A DNA stretch of 64,000 nucleotides from Octopus vulgaris (GCA_951406725.2 OX597833.1:72664001-72728000), one strand, 5' to 3'. Positions 38,713-52,990 are shown, numbered from the stretch's first letter. Translations and numbers: made by a program. Notes: generated by a model from the letters alone, not told the origin.

Positions 38713-40769
38713 CTGAAGCAAAGCAAAAAAAAAAACAAAAAAAATGATGGAATGGAATGGAAAAGGCAAAAAGATGGAAGGAAAAAATGGGAAAAAACTC
38801 CTCTTGGAATGATTTCATGTTTGAAGACGTTTGAAGCAGACAAGCAATTCGAATATTCTCATTCGTCTCTTTTAGACACCATGAGACACATTTGACTATT
38901 TTCATTTTATGCTGTGTCAGTTGCATGCACCAGATTATCAAAATGTCATGGGACTTGGAGCACTTGTCGTCCAGTCATGTCGTAAAACCTTATGATTAAA
39001 TATTAGAAATATAACATGAGATTATAAAAAAAGTGCTGAGGGAAGAGAAAAGGCAAGCGTTGTGCTGAACCATCACAAGTTGCAAATGTCCGCTTTTTAA
39101 AACCTTAAAGAATGAATCTGGCCAAATAAAAGTTGTTCTGCTATTTGTCAACCGAGTTTAATATTTCGAAATTAAATCTGACAAACAATAAAATTATGGG
39201 GAAGATATTTAGTGTTTTGGGCAGAAATCGACTGCTGTTGCCCCAAGCAAATTCTCTGACAAAAGGCGTTAGATTAAATAGTTGAAGGGAGACGTGAGGG
39301 AATGGCTTAACCATTATCACTGTTCGGAAATGGTTTGAAAAGGACAGGAAACGCTCTAATCTAGATTTAGGTAAGATGAAGAGAAAAAATCAAGTGCTTA
39401 TTTGCGGACTGCATCGAAATTTTTCGGACAACAGAAGGCAGTAAATAGTTATTAATGCAAACGTATGTTGGCTATTTGGAAACAGTTACTTCTTAAAGCA
39501 TATATCTCGAAAGAGGAAAGACAGGTACCTAGGTGCAAAGGTACCTATGCATAATGGTACTTAGGTATGGAGTAACTTGGAAGTATAAAAGTATCTAGGT
39601 ATAATGCAGCAGAACTCAATTGTCTGGAACAAACGTCACTGGAGTCATGAAACTTAAAGACCTTGCTTGTTTATCATTATCATCCGCCAAGAACAAGGAA
39701 TGGTGTCTGTAAAATCTAGCCTGTCTGTTATATGAGAGTCTAATAGAAAATCTTGGATTACACAAGAATTTCTTACTGAATGGGCAATTCGAACATTTCT
39801 GTCCGTCTGCTGTCAAAAGTTACTCTTTGGCTGAATTTGGAATCGAAGGAACTTCTGCTTTGGGTCGCCCATCAAAACTCGATCCATTCTAAATGTTCGT
39901 CACTATATCAGTAGTTTTTAACTCATTAAGCACAATTTTTACTACTCTAACATATGGATTAAGGAGTTGTGACTGTTTTTAAGGAATATTATCTGAGAAT
40001 AAGGTCTTTCGATTACAGCAATGATGATAAATATCGGTCGGTCGAAGAATTAAAGAAAATTGACAACAAACAATAAACTATGTTAGAAATGCCTTGTTAA
40101 AGTTAAGCATACATGCGTTGTTGAGGTTTGGAGAAATGTATAAAAGTGTAGTCGAGTAAGAGCAAAGATTAGGGAGTGAAAGAGTGACAGTTAGTAAAAA
40201 GTTTGTAGAAATGGCAGATAAATTGTTGGATTTGAAGAAGATGATGTCCGTAATTATTCAGTGTTTATTACTGGTAGAGGTAACCTCACTCAGAAACATC
40301 TTCAGAACCGCAAGAGTAAACAGGTTCAGACAGTAAACAGGTTCACAAATCTCATCTTAAAAACATAGTGAAAAAAATTATGCTTTCGAGCGCCTTTCAG
40401 AAAATGGTCCAAATTTTGAATATTTTGGAAGACTGAATTTTTAGAAGTGAGAAGAATTATAAATTTGTAAAAAAAAAAGAGAAAAAAAGAGTGGGTAAAG
40501 CAGTTTTCTGCATCAAATATGAATAATTTTAATTGACTTACAAATAATTTAGTAGAAAGGCTTCTCTTTCCGTCCACTTGCATTCATTGAAGGCCATATT
40601 GGCGTTCAAAGGTGTTTTATGGTGTAATTAAATGAGCTTCGGAGTATAAAAACTATGTTCTACGAATAATAAAGTTTCTGATTGCGAATTGCAAGAGTGG
40701 AACATATACTCAATAACCAAGGTATTGGTTTACACATACACACATGCACGCACACACGCACACACACAC

Positions 40770-40837
<68 letters not shown>

Positions 40838-40838
<1 letters not shown>

Positions 40839-40887
40839 CAAGAAAAAAGCAACAAGAATGGATCCATTCTTGTTGCTTTTTTCTTGG
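40838..40887. repeat. Perfect 50 bp palindrome next to (TA)n
   Basis: ccaagaaaaaagcaacaagaatgga|tccattcttgttgcttttttcttgg, with no spacer. Confidence 0.95.
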
Positions 40888-41132
40888 TTATAATCACCCC
40901 ACATAATTTAATGGTTAATACCATAAAGAATTCTGGTGCATCTAAGTTAAGTACAATATTCATTTGAATTCACTTGAATCTTAATTGTTTTGCTGAAATT
41001 ATATATATATATATATATACAGATCGTCTTTTTAAGGTGTATCTAGGACTTCATTACTGAATGCCCCTTGCCTTTTCATTAAGTTAGTTGTGTATGATTT
41101 GAAGGAAAGTCGGCTACTATTTCTTTCCAGAG

Positions 41133-41179
<47 letters not shown>

Positions 41180-41182
<3 letters not shown>

Positions 41183-41347
41183 GGCCTGCCCCAGGGTTGC
41201 TGGCGCCCTGGGCAAGCTGAACTTCGGCGCCCTTATAAGTATAATTTTTAAAAAACTTTCACGAGAAGAAAAACTGAAAATGTAGAATGAAAAGCAGATG
41301 GCCCCTCGGGCGACTTCCCGAACTTCCGGTACCTTGAGCCGGCCCTG
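41180..41347. mobile_element. Short hAT-like MITE
   Basis: Termini cagggcctgc ... gccggccctg; GC-rich ends with ggcgccct motifs, inserted in a TA tract. Confidence 0.55.
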
Positions 41348-42001
41348 TATACACACACATACATTCAAATCCAGTCGGAGGCCGACTTTTCATCTCTGAG
41401 GTTGATAAAACAACATTTGCCCCTCCTCTCAAACTGCCGACCTTCGGTCTAAATGAAAATTTATTATTGATATTGTTGTTGTCATTGTTGCAGTTATTCC
41501 CCGCCATCTCAGCCTTAATAAAGTAAATTAATTATTATAGGCGTTCCAGCCGTGACCAACACATTTACAAAACGTATCTAAGGAAAAAGTTATTCAACCC
41601 AGTGAGCCCTTTCCTTGTTTTAAACGACCAAAACTGATTTGACGTAAATTTGGCTTCCATTTCTAGCAAATCCAGTCACTCCGTTGATTCGTTCTGTAAA
41701 CCAAGTCGTAAGGTGCCGCTTTTCGTCTCACTTTATCTCCGTCGCGTTCGGAATAGCAATAATGGTTTACGACTTCATTTTTTTCCCCGCAATAAATTTC
41801 ACATTTCGCACGAATTCTTGCCTTTGTTGGGGTGTGTGGGGTGGGGGTGGGGTGGGGAGTGGAGACGAAGTGAAATGTCGGCCATCTTTGATGAAGGAAC
41901 TAAAACACTAAAACACGAAAATATTTCATTGACACGTCTCGGCTCGTTTGAAGATTGCTTTGATCTTATCGAGAATGTTTGAGCTAACGTGTTAGGAAAA
42001 A

Positions 42002-42099
<98 letters not shown>

Positions 42100-42189
42100 G
42101 GAAAGAGAAGAGAGAAGGAGAAAGAAAAGTGTATGTGTAAGCAGGAATCAGGGTGGATGCAAGGTGTTTGTGAGAAGCGGAATGAATCG

Positions 42190-42230
<41 letters not shown>

Positions 42231-42798
42231 GAGAGATAGAGAAGGGAGAGAGAGAAGGAATAGAGATGGTGTAAGCTTATGCAAAATGGAGGAATGAAAA
42301 TGCTTTTGAATGTGTGTGTGTGCATGCTTCATGTAACTATATATATATATATATATCATCATCATTTAGCGTCATATATATATATATATATAAAGAGAGA
42401 GTGGGGAGAAAGAATGGGAGTGAGAGGGAGAGATGAAAGAGATGGGAGAGACAGAAAACAGAAAGAGGAAATAATTTTGTAGTGAAGCGAATCCGCCGCC
42501 GCCGCCGACGACCGTCGACAGCAGCCATCTTGTACAGAGTTTGTGAGACAACGAGGTAAAGCCGTTGTAAACCTGTGTGTGCTAGAAATAGCTGCCAAAT
42601 CTACAAGAAACCACATTCTATCAGTTTAGAACCAAAAGGACACGTGTTACATAATGTCGTTCTGAATAAACACTGACTTGAAACAACAAGAGAAACTGGG
42701 TGATGAGGGGCGGAACGTGTTTCATCTTTGGTTTGCTTTTGTTGAGATGAACAAACACCACCACCACCACCACCACCACCACCACCACCACCACCACC

Positions 42799-42889
<91 letters not shown>

Positions 42890-43317
42890 CAGTGATGATT
42901 AAACGGTTAAAGCGACAAATTAACTGGATCGGTAGAGCGTCCTATAAGACACCTTGTAGCATTTGTTCTGATAATAGCTACAGGTTTAACAACTGAAACG
43001 CTAGCAATTGGCATCCGAGTTCGAATCCGGGTGAGATTTGCTCAGGGTCCCCGTGAAGAGCAGCGAATTAGTGGAGTCATTCGAACATCGGATGGAACGG
43101 TTCAGTTCTTTGAGTTCTGAGGACGTCTGCTGCGGTAGCGGTGCCACGCAGCGCCGACATTTGTCTTTCTCTTGGGGAACTTTGGTGGTGTGGAGATGCA
43201 GAGGCTTGCATGCATAGACAACTGTTTCTCTTCCATACACCCGCAACAACAACAACGACAACAACAACAAAGTCAACCATAACAATAACGTCAACAACAT
43301 TTACAACGCCAGATACA

Positions 43318-43549
43318 ACCTATTTCTTTTCTACCCACAAGGGGCTAAACACAGAGGGGACAAACAAGGACAGACAAACGGATTAAGTCGATTATATCGA
43401 ACCTAGTGCGTAACTGGTACTTATTTAATCGACCCCGAAAGGATGAAAGGCAAAGTCGACCTCAGCGGAATTTGAACTCAGGACGTAACGGCAGACGAAA
43501 TACGGCTAAGTATTTCGCCCGGCATGCTAACGTTTCTGCCAGCTCGCCG
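43318..43549 (-). mobile_element. tRNA-derived SINE, family 1
   Basis: Reverse complement of the 7878 element. An 18 bp direct repeat acaacgccagat(a/g)caacc occurs at 43303 and 43575. Confidence 0.85.
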
Positions 43550-43593
43550 ACAAAAACTAAGTCGATCTCGGAGAACAACGCCAGATGCAACCA

Positions 43594-43662
43594 TGACGTC
43601 AGTCATGACGTCAGTCGCGACGTAACGTACGAATATGACGTCAGCAACAGTGACTGACGTCG
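43594..43662. promoter_or_regulatory. Cluster of CRE/ATF palindromes (TGACGTCA x3 plus a near-match)
   Basis: Exact TGACGTCA at 43594, 43606 and 43636, and TGACGTCG at 43655, in a CpG-rich patch. Function untested. Confidence 0.4.
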
Positions 43663-45108
43663 ACTACGAACGACGCCCACGCGTAGAACATTAACAATGT
43701 TAGCAAGATGATCAACATCGACAACAACCCAAAGCTCCATTGTAGCCGCGAGTTCCGAAAACCTGATTTCAAATTTTGACACGAGGCCAGCAATTTCGGG
43801 GCAGGAGGTCTTCAGCGCTCAGCTGGTACTTGTGTTATTGACCCAGAAAAGATGAAAAATGAAGTCGACCCCAGCAGAAAAACCGACAAATATCTACAAT
43901 GCTAATTCGGTGGCGAGCTGGCAGAATCAGTAGATCATCGCACGATATTCTTTGTGACTCTCGTTCTGTTTATTTACGTCCAGAGTTCAAATCCCGTCGA
44001 GGTGCAATTTGCTTTTCTATCTTTTCGTGGTCAATGAAATGCAAATAATAGTTATATCTTGGAGCCGATGGGATTAACTTGCCCCTCCCCTCAAAATTGC
44101 GGGACTTGAAGTTAATGCTAATATAAATGGAAAAAAGACAGTAATAATGAGAAGCAAAACGTTGGTGGGAGGACGTTGACGACAAGAGCAACAACTGAGG
44201 GCTATGGTTCGAACCTTGGCACTGGCTTACCGCTGTGGTCAAAACCAGCGTAATTTTTCTCCTAAGAGCTCAGGCTACTTGGCTTAAAAGTAAGTCACCA
44301 CCGTCTCTACTGATATAAACATTCTAAACGTATTTTATAAGGACTTCAAGCTTATTCCACAAACACAGCGTCTTACCCCATTGCAGTACTGGGTTCTGCT
44401 GTACCCGTAGGGAAACCCTTGTTTTTCGACCGGACTACTCGTTTGGCTGTTAACCCCAAACTCTTCCCCTGCAATAAATAAATGACTTCCTCTTTGATCA
44501 CCGAAAGAGATGGATGTTGAGACTCGTAACTAAGAATTTGCTGGAGAAAATTGTCTCAGTTCCACAATACACATGAAGACAATAAGGTTTGAGGGAGATT
44601 TGGCTGTTTTTTCTTGCAAGTCTGAGTGACAGCGTTGAACAGGGGCGCACTCAGTGACTTGTTGAGGTTCAGATACATTGGGCCTAAAAAAAAGAAAGAG
44701 GTCTAGATACGCTGTGTCTGAAAATGAGAAAGCTCGGTCACGGATGGCAGCCATTGATCATTGGTCAACGCCATTAACATCAATCTGGGACAACAACAAC
44801 AACAACAACAACAACAACAGCAACAGTAGCAGTAGCAGTAGCAGTAGCAGTAGCAGTAGCAGTTTTATCAAATTCATACACCAGGGAAAGCACCATTAGT
44901 TAAATCGCATCTTTTCGTATAAGGCCATTCCTTACGCATCTTATCGTTTGTCTTTCTCCTTTCCAAACCGCTCAACAAACATCGGTTCTCAGAACCCATT
45001 TCCCACTTTTGCACTACTTCTCCACCATCATCACAAAAGCATTTTATCACCCGTTGGGTGCATATATATATGTTATATATATATATATATGTGTATGTGT
45101 TATATAAG

Positions 45109-45139
<31 letters not shown>

Positions 45140-45637
45140 TATATAATAGTATGTGTAGTTATATAATAGTATCCCTGAAGGATGCAAAGTTAAATCGACT
45201 TCGGTGGGAATTGAACTCAAAATATAAAAAAATGTTATACAACTATTTGAGGGATTTTTTCTTTCTGTTGCTCTGCGGATTCTTCCACGCAGGGCCCTTG
45301 CATATATAAGGTAAATAGACACTTATTTCGACGATGGACTTTAAAGAACATACGTTAGGGCAGGGGTTTATTGGGGTCGCTTTAATTAACCCCAATACAT
45401 CACTGGTACATTATCTTTACTTAGAAGGATGAAAGACCAAATTCACCTCGGTGAGATTCGAACACAAAATTTACAGATACGGTTCTTTTCTTTCACAATC
45501 CAGTTTTACCTTTTATAATTTCGGGGTCGATAACAAAGTATTTGTCAAGTACGGGGGTTGATGTAATCGACTTAATCCCCTCCCACAAGCTGCCCTTGTG
45601 GCAAAAATTTGAAATCATCATCATCATCATCATCAAA

Positions 45638-45767
<130 letters not shown>

Positions 45768-46786
45768 TCCATACTTTATCATTATTATTTTGACTTATGT
45801 AATTAGAAAAGTGTTGGTACGGTTTCGAGGCGCGGTAGAATATCGGAGCAATACATAACAGGAGCGAAGTGGAGACGGTTTCAAATCTAAGTAGGGATTA
45901 TGATACTTATTTCTTATGAGCCTTCTACTGACTACTTCCTCCGTCGCTTTCGACGATGATTATTTCAGTTTTTCGACCAACTGAATTACCTCGTAAAATG
46001 AGTGAGGATGTCATAAACACATTTGTACCCTTAATGGAATATTCTGGTAGACCCAACCCGAAAGAGTGAGTGATGAGGCTGGATTTTTTGAATTGCGTAT
46101 ATAGTTGGCGGGCTTCTTCGCAGTTTCCGTCTACTAAAGTTCAAACACAACGCTTCGGTAGTCCTGCAGCTACGTAGAAGACATTAGGTCGGGGTGGGAT
46201 CGAAACTGTGACCTCTTGATTGTTAACCAGACTTCTTGACTATTTGGCCATGCTTGGGTTCTTTCCTTTTATCTAATATCAGATTTCTCAGACTGGCTTC
46301 CGTGGAACCCCGGTATTTTGTGGAACTGCAGGGTTTTGTGGGAAATTCCTAAGGGTTTCCTCGAGATAAATATCTTTTAAGAAAATTTAACAATTATTTT
46401 ATAAACATTAACAAAATGGTGTTCATAATTTTCAAAATAACAATTATTATATAATTAATATATAATTCCTTATATTATTAATATATAAATAAGTTTTTTA
46501 AAACAATTGTTGCTTTGTTATAGACTTAAAACGAAAGTGACGTGGGTTGGCCATAATTTACAGGGAAGAATCCCTTTTTTTCATTTATATATATCTTTGG
46601 AAATGGTAGAAAGATTCGAAGAGAAATAAGTTAGCAGGACTTGCTGCTGTTTTAAACTACTTTACATGGACATGAATCTGACGGATGCTGCATTTAGTTA
46701 TGCTGTGAATGGGAGGCTTCATGCAGGTGCAGAAAGAAAAGAAAAAGAAAAAGAACTAATTGATATATGGCAGAAAATCTATCTAC

Positions 46787-47188
46787 CTCGTTTGCTTTGA
46801 ATCCACCCCACTGCCGTTAGGCTGGGTCGAAATAGATGAGGGTATTTCAGACATTTTGTTTGTATCTCTCCGTCGCAGAAGGTTGATGGGAAAACTAAAC
46901 TTTCGCTGTATTTTCGCCTTTTTGCAGTCGCTGCGTCCTTCGATGTCCGTCTGAGTTGGCTGGCGTTGCTCTATCGGTTCTTCGGACGATCGGGTGGTCA
47001 GGTCCGAATCTGACGACCAGTTGGTGATGATGTTTGTGGGTGCGTCTGGATCGGGAGACTGGAGATTCGGGCACGGCACCCCCATACCGGGTATGTTCAG
47101 AAGGGGTGCACCACCATTGGGGACGCTCATCGCTCTGTCTTCTCTTTTTGGCAGCGGAATCAGACAATCTTGTTGCAAGTGAAGTTTA
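46787..47188 (-). CDS. BEST: Bestrophin C-terminal tail exon (Ser/Pro-rich)
   Basis: tttcctgcAG acceptor and GTAGAT donor, 402 nt, phase 2-2. Reads KLHLQQDCLIPLPKREDRAMSVP...RKFSFPINLLRRR...KQT. Confidence 0.75.
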
Positions 47189-47420
47189 CTGCAGGAAACG
47201 GAAAGCTGGACATTTAGAATGGTAAATGGTAACGGTTCTAATGCGCAGAGAACGAGGCGATTAGGTCTCACGTGCATGTGGGGTGTGTATGTGTGTGTGT
47301 GTGTGCGCGCATATGTATATATGAATATACAAATCTATATTTGTATGTATGTATGTATGTATGTATGTATGTATGTATGTATGTATGTATGTATATATGC
47401 ATGTATATATACGTTTGTGT

Positions 47421-47462
<42 letters not shown>

Positions 47463-47693
47463 TATGTACATTACATATGTACGTGTATATATGCATCTAT
47501 GTATGTATGTGTATATATGTATTTATAGGCGTGTATATGTGTGAATGTATGTGTGTGTACATTTGTACTTCCAAGTATATACATATTCTATTTTTCTTTT
47601 GTCATTTTATTATGTATGCATGAAACATCAGAATTGCGCCGGGTGGGCCATAACTGGCTCTACCATTACAAACACACACGCACACACGCACAC

Positions 47694-47736
<43 letters not shown>

Positions 47737-47865
47737 GATGTCTGACAAAGACAATGAAACTCAACACGTGAGCAATGCTGCTCCTTCAACTGCGGAATGT
47801 GCCAACGCGGCACACCAACCCCTTCAGCAGCGTCACATCCATCGACATGTGACAAAATGTGACCC

Positions 47866-48090
47866 TACCGACGAGCTGGCAGAAACGTTAGCACGCCGGA
47901 CGAAATGCCTAGCGGTGTTTCGCCTGCCTTTACGCTCTGAGTTCAAATTCCGCCGAGGTCGACTTTGCCTTTCATCCTTTCGGGGTCAATTAAATAAGAT
48001 CACTGGGGTCGATGTAATCGACTCAATCCCTTTGTCTGTCCTTGTTTGTCCCCTCTGTGTTTAGCCCCCTGTGGGCAATAAAGAAATAAA
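47866..48090 (+). mobile_element. tRNA-derived SINE, family 1
   Basis: Matches 7878-8103. Confidence 0.85.
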
Positions 48091-48217
48091 ATGTGAAACA
48101 GCTATCGACATGACCTGACTTCTATTATAGGAGCCATTCACTTCTCTTTTGACGAACGCAACGTGCAAGAAAGATGCGGAAACGGGATTAACCTTGGCTG
48201 AACAGGGAAGGGGACGC

Positions 48218-48283
<66 letters not shown>

Positions 48284-48574
48284 TTGAAATTGAAAGAATT
48301 TGGAGGATGCGAGCAGTAAAGGTTGTGCCTATAACAATTGGTGCATTGGGAACAATAAGAAAGGATATAAGCGAATGGCCGAAGGGAATTGAAATAAAAT
48401 GCCCGGTGGAACTTCTAAGGAGAGAAAGTTTGACTCTTGGGGAGAGCAGGGATTATCAGGAGAGTTCTAAGCACTTGAAAGACAGCTGAAACATTGTGGA
48501 TACCTAAGGCTAAAGGTAATTCGCTATCCACAGAAATCCTGCCAGGAATAAGACTAAACCTGAGCCAAACCAAA

Positions 48575-48575
<1 letters not shown>
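48284..48575 (+). mobile_element. R4/Dong-like LINE extreme 3' fragment after (AAT)n
   Basis: FEIERIWRMRAVKVVPITIGALGTI is typical of the C-terminus of restriction-like-endonuclease LINEs. Confidence 0.65.
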
Positions 48576-48609
<34 letters not shown>

Positions 48610-49499
48610 AATCGTTTCTAGTAAAGGCGCAAGGCCTGAAAGTTGGTGGGAGGGGTGTCCAGTCGATTACATCGACCCCAGTATTCAACTGGTACTTAAT
48701 TTATCGACCGTTGTCCACTTACGTCATTGAATGTCGTCTGGAAAAGAGGCTGAGTAAAGACCCAGCTACAGTACTGGATATCGAGCTACGGCGAGTGGGG
48801 ACCTCAGCAAGATCATGGACAATTCTCTGTTCTTCAATACTTGGTCGACTGCAAATAAATAAAAAAAACACAAAATATTAAAACAATCAACATTAAACAA
48901 ATGAAACCTGATCAACAAATTCAGTTTCAGTAAAATGGACCGAGTAATGTATGTTGTTAGGTGGATGAGGGTTTCGCATTCCGGGGGAAATTTCACTCTC
49001 GCCCCAATTGTAGGTCAAACAACGGAAGATGGTCCAGTGGTTAAGATACAGTAGGGGACATGTGTCACAGAGGCCCACCGGAAACCATTTTGCACATACG
49101 ATCAAAGATATTCCAGCTGTGAAACTTCCGTCGTTTTCCCAAATATAATTTATCATAATTTATCATAATTTATTATAATTAATATTATAATTAAAAATGT
49201 ATTTTCTTAAATGCAAGAGTAAATACGGTAGGATGTGATTTAAGGAAGATTTGGTTGCTTCTTCTAGCAGGTCGAGTGACCACACAGACATTGTTTCATT
49301 GGTTGGAGTGTCTTCATAATGGATACGAAGCAGCATCAAAGTCACGATTCGAACCAACGAATCCTGATATCTATTCAACACACCTTCTGAGCCAGGTATA
49401 TATGAATTAGTAAGCCACAGTCGTCAAATTCCACTCCATTCCCAAGACACATAACTGCAACCTTCGTTCAAAGTAAAGACACAATTTCTTCAGACTTAC

Positions 49500-49651
49500 G
49501 CTATGTTATATGTGGAACCCAAGAAATTCGGTCTCTTCGAAGCGTACGATGCCTCTGTATAGGGAAGCTCCTCGATGTTCTCATTCCAATACATGTCCCT
49601 AATAAGTGGCGGATGCTTCCCGTAGCATTGGTCAATAAGGGTCATAGAAAC
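49500..49651 (-). CDS. BEST: Bestrophin exon (proximal C-terminus)
   Basis: VSMTLIDQCYGKHPPLIRDMYWNENIEELPYTEASYASKRPNFLGSTYNI matches the bestrophin D.YW...PYT.AS...F.GST region. AG/GT boundaries, phase 0-2. Confidence 0.93.
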
Positions 49652-50292
49652 CTGGAAAATTAAGCATCAACTCATAACAATTACTTTTAAAAGGGAAAGC
49701 AGTACCCTGGCTCGTTGCAGGGTCCTCGAGACAGTTGAAAGGGTGGGGGATGAGGAAAAGAGGTGACTTGCTTACAACAGAGGAGACTCCCAAGGTGCCA
49801 GGTAGGGATCTTATTCTTTCAAACGGCTTAAGTCTAGAAATGCCATTCGAAAATCTAAAATTGCACAAATCTCTTTGTTTTTCAGACATCAACTCTCTCT
49901 CTCTCTCTCTCTCTCCCGCCTCCTCTCTCTCTCTCCCTCCTCCTCTCTCTCTCCCTCCTCCTCTCACTTTCCCTCCTCCTTTCTCTCTCTCCCTCCTCCT
50001 CTCTCTTTCCCTCCTCCTTTCTCTCTTTCCCTCCTCCTTTCTCTCTCTCCCATTTTCCTCTCTCTCCCTCCTCCTCTCTCTTTCCCTCCTCCTTTCTACT
50101 TCCAGCAGATCTAGCTACCACGTAGGAGCCCCTTCTTTGGCTTACTAAAAGACAGATGGAGTCCCTAGGTGAACAGTTCTGTCAGAAAGCTCATGGTTGT
50201 TGTTGCTGTTGTTGTTGTTGTTTAGTACTAGGTCAGCCCTGATCAAGCAAATCCGATGTTCAGAGGTTTGTCAACAACAATTACAGCAACAT

Positions 50293-50324
<32 letters not shown>

Positions 50325-50350
50325 CTGTTCCTTTTAGGATCAATAACTTT

Positions 50351-50757
<407 letters not shown>

Positions 50758-50821
50758 TGGCTGAGTGTCCATATAAAAGAAATCGGAAGAGAGAATAGGT
50801 TCCGTGGAGGTGACTTCTTAC

Positions 50822-50902
50822 CGCCGTGTGTCTGTCCAGTAACCAGTTGATGTCGTAGTCATCGTCGTCTTCTCCAAACGGATTGATCAGTTGCTCGGCC
50901 AC
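50822..50902 (-). CDS. BEST: Bestrophin exon (Ca2+ clasp)
   Basis: [27 protein letters not shown]; 81 nt, phase 0-0. Confidence 0.97.
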
Positions 50903-52188
50903 CTTCAACAGAAAAGCGAAAGGTGAAGCCAATCCGACAATGAGAGCAGATTTCTTATTCCAATGCACACACGCACACACACACACACACAAACATAAAA
51001 ACATACATATATATGTATGTGTGTGTGTGTGTGTGTGTGCGTGTTCATGTATAATTAGAGAACAGCTTTTCTTTCAAATGTGTGATATTTAAAATTACAA
51101 ATAGTTTTGAGTTGTTGAATGGATTTTCCATATTGCCTTCTTTATCCTTTTTATGTTTAGTTCAGGATAACACCCTTCCTAAATCCATTAATCCTTTAAT
51201 ATTCCAATCCTGTCCCGGCCTCATCATCACAATGAAATCAAGAGAATAACGACTTATTGTTCACTCGCGTCGCAGTCGATCGAAAAGGAACAAAGCAATT
51301 CCACGAAAACCGATGGAAATCGTTTTTAAAATCACGCAACATTTAAAATCTTGGCAAATTTCATTCTTTATTTCAAATGCGAACCATTTTTGTATTGAGT
51401 TTTGTTGGTATTTTGCTTTAGTGAATCTTCCATAATTATTCTTTCTATTTTTGTGGAATTCTACATAAAACTGCCATACTGTCAACAAATAGCTTTTCTA
51501 ATTTCCAGCCGAAGACTGTCTTAACCGTTTTGTTCCATATTTCTGTTGAAAGATACTGGCTTTGTGCCAATACATTTTAAAACAAGAAATTGTCATTGTT
51601 CAGTTAGTATTTCGAACATAGATGTCGATGAAATTTTGATGAGATCAATTTAAAACGGGAAGTTTATATCACAAAACTAGGATCGGTCAAAGGCAAGCTG
51701 GAATGAAAAGAATGAAAATGAGTTGCGATGAGTTCTTGTTTTACTTCGAGGTTTATTTCTTTCTGTCGTTGATTCTGACCGCAACAGAAAACACGCCTCA
51801 TTTTACTCAACCGTTGGCATGGCGCTAATGAAGGTAAACGGATTACAATACCTCAGAGATGCAGCCATTCAGGGGCCATTGAAAGGTGGGTAATTAGCGA
51901 ATTTAGTCAGAATGGACTCCTTCAAAGCAGTTTATAGCCAGCAAATAACATCAATATAGAGGATAAAACTAAAATGGACAACTACGTGAGATGGTGGATC
52001 GAACCCACACACAAACGATTGCAAAAGAAAGAAAAATAATAATAATAAAAAGACACACACACAAGATAAGCTCCTTAGCCACTCGGCTACGTCTGCAGCG
52101 AATTGGATGAAATTAAGGCCACAATTCTACTGACTCGGTCAAGGTTCGAACCTAACGCCACTGCATCGTGAAAGAAGAAAAGACCTAC

Positions 52189-52341
52189 CTTTAACCAACC
52201 CATATAGAAGAAGAATTGTAATAAAGTGAACACTGGTACATAGAGGTCGTACCCGTAGCCTTCGTAACCCTTCTCCGGGTCCAGGTATTGACGGGCGACA
52301 AGACAAGAGGCGAAAAATGTATACACGGCCAATGTGACCAC
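52189..52341 (-). CDS. BEST: Bestrophin exon (TM3-TM4)
   Basis: [51 protein letters not shown]; 153 nt, phase 0-0. Confidence 0.97.
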
Positions 52342-52481
52342 CTACAATAAAAGAAAATATATAAAATAAATGGATTGGATTTAAGAAGGAAAAAAAAAGA
52401 AGGAAACAAAGAAAACAAAAAAAGAACGAAAAGAATCTAATCATTGAACCATGACCGTTCACGTAACAACACAATATAACA

Positions 52482-52990
52482 TCTCTATATATAAAACTGT
52501 AGTTGTGTGAGTGTCTGTCCCCTTCGATTTAGATTCCTAACTACTCCCACATTTTGCGGTGCAGTTTAACCAAATTCGGGTATCTTATAGTCGTGATTCA
52601 TATCGAGCCCGCCTGGGTATTAGCGCGCGTCTACGATGAGTCTACGATTAAAAAAAAAATTTAACATCATTTTTTATTCCATTTTAATGCATAATTTTTC
52701 GTGTGTCGATGGCGGCGGAGTTGGCGTCCATGGTCACACCTGCACCTGTTGCTTCTCCCCCTTCCCTCCCTCGTGAAGCTGTGGGGAAGGGGGTGTAAGG
52801 AAATCAACGTCGTAAAGTGTTGTCAAGGAGACCAGCGTTCTTTTAGAACAACGACTTCATGGCTTGAAGACACCAAAACAGAAATGGCTAAGAAAGCCCG
52901 AATTGGCATCTATAAGGGAAGTAACTCTCTAAAAATGCTTATATAGTTATTTCCCTTACAAACCCGAGCAACGCCGGGCGATACTGCTAG
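52482..52990 (+). mobile_element. Non-autonomous Helitron
   Basis: Inserted between A and T. 5' end TCTCTATATATAAA; 3' hairpin cccgagcaacgccggg followed by CTAG. No TSD or TIR. Confidence 0.75.
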
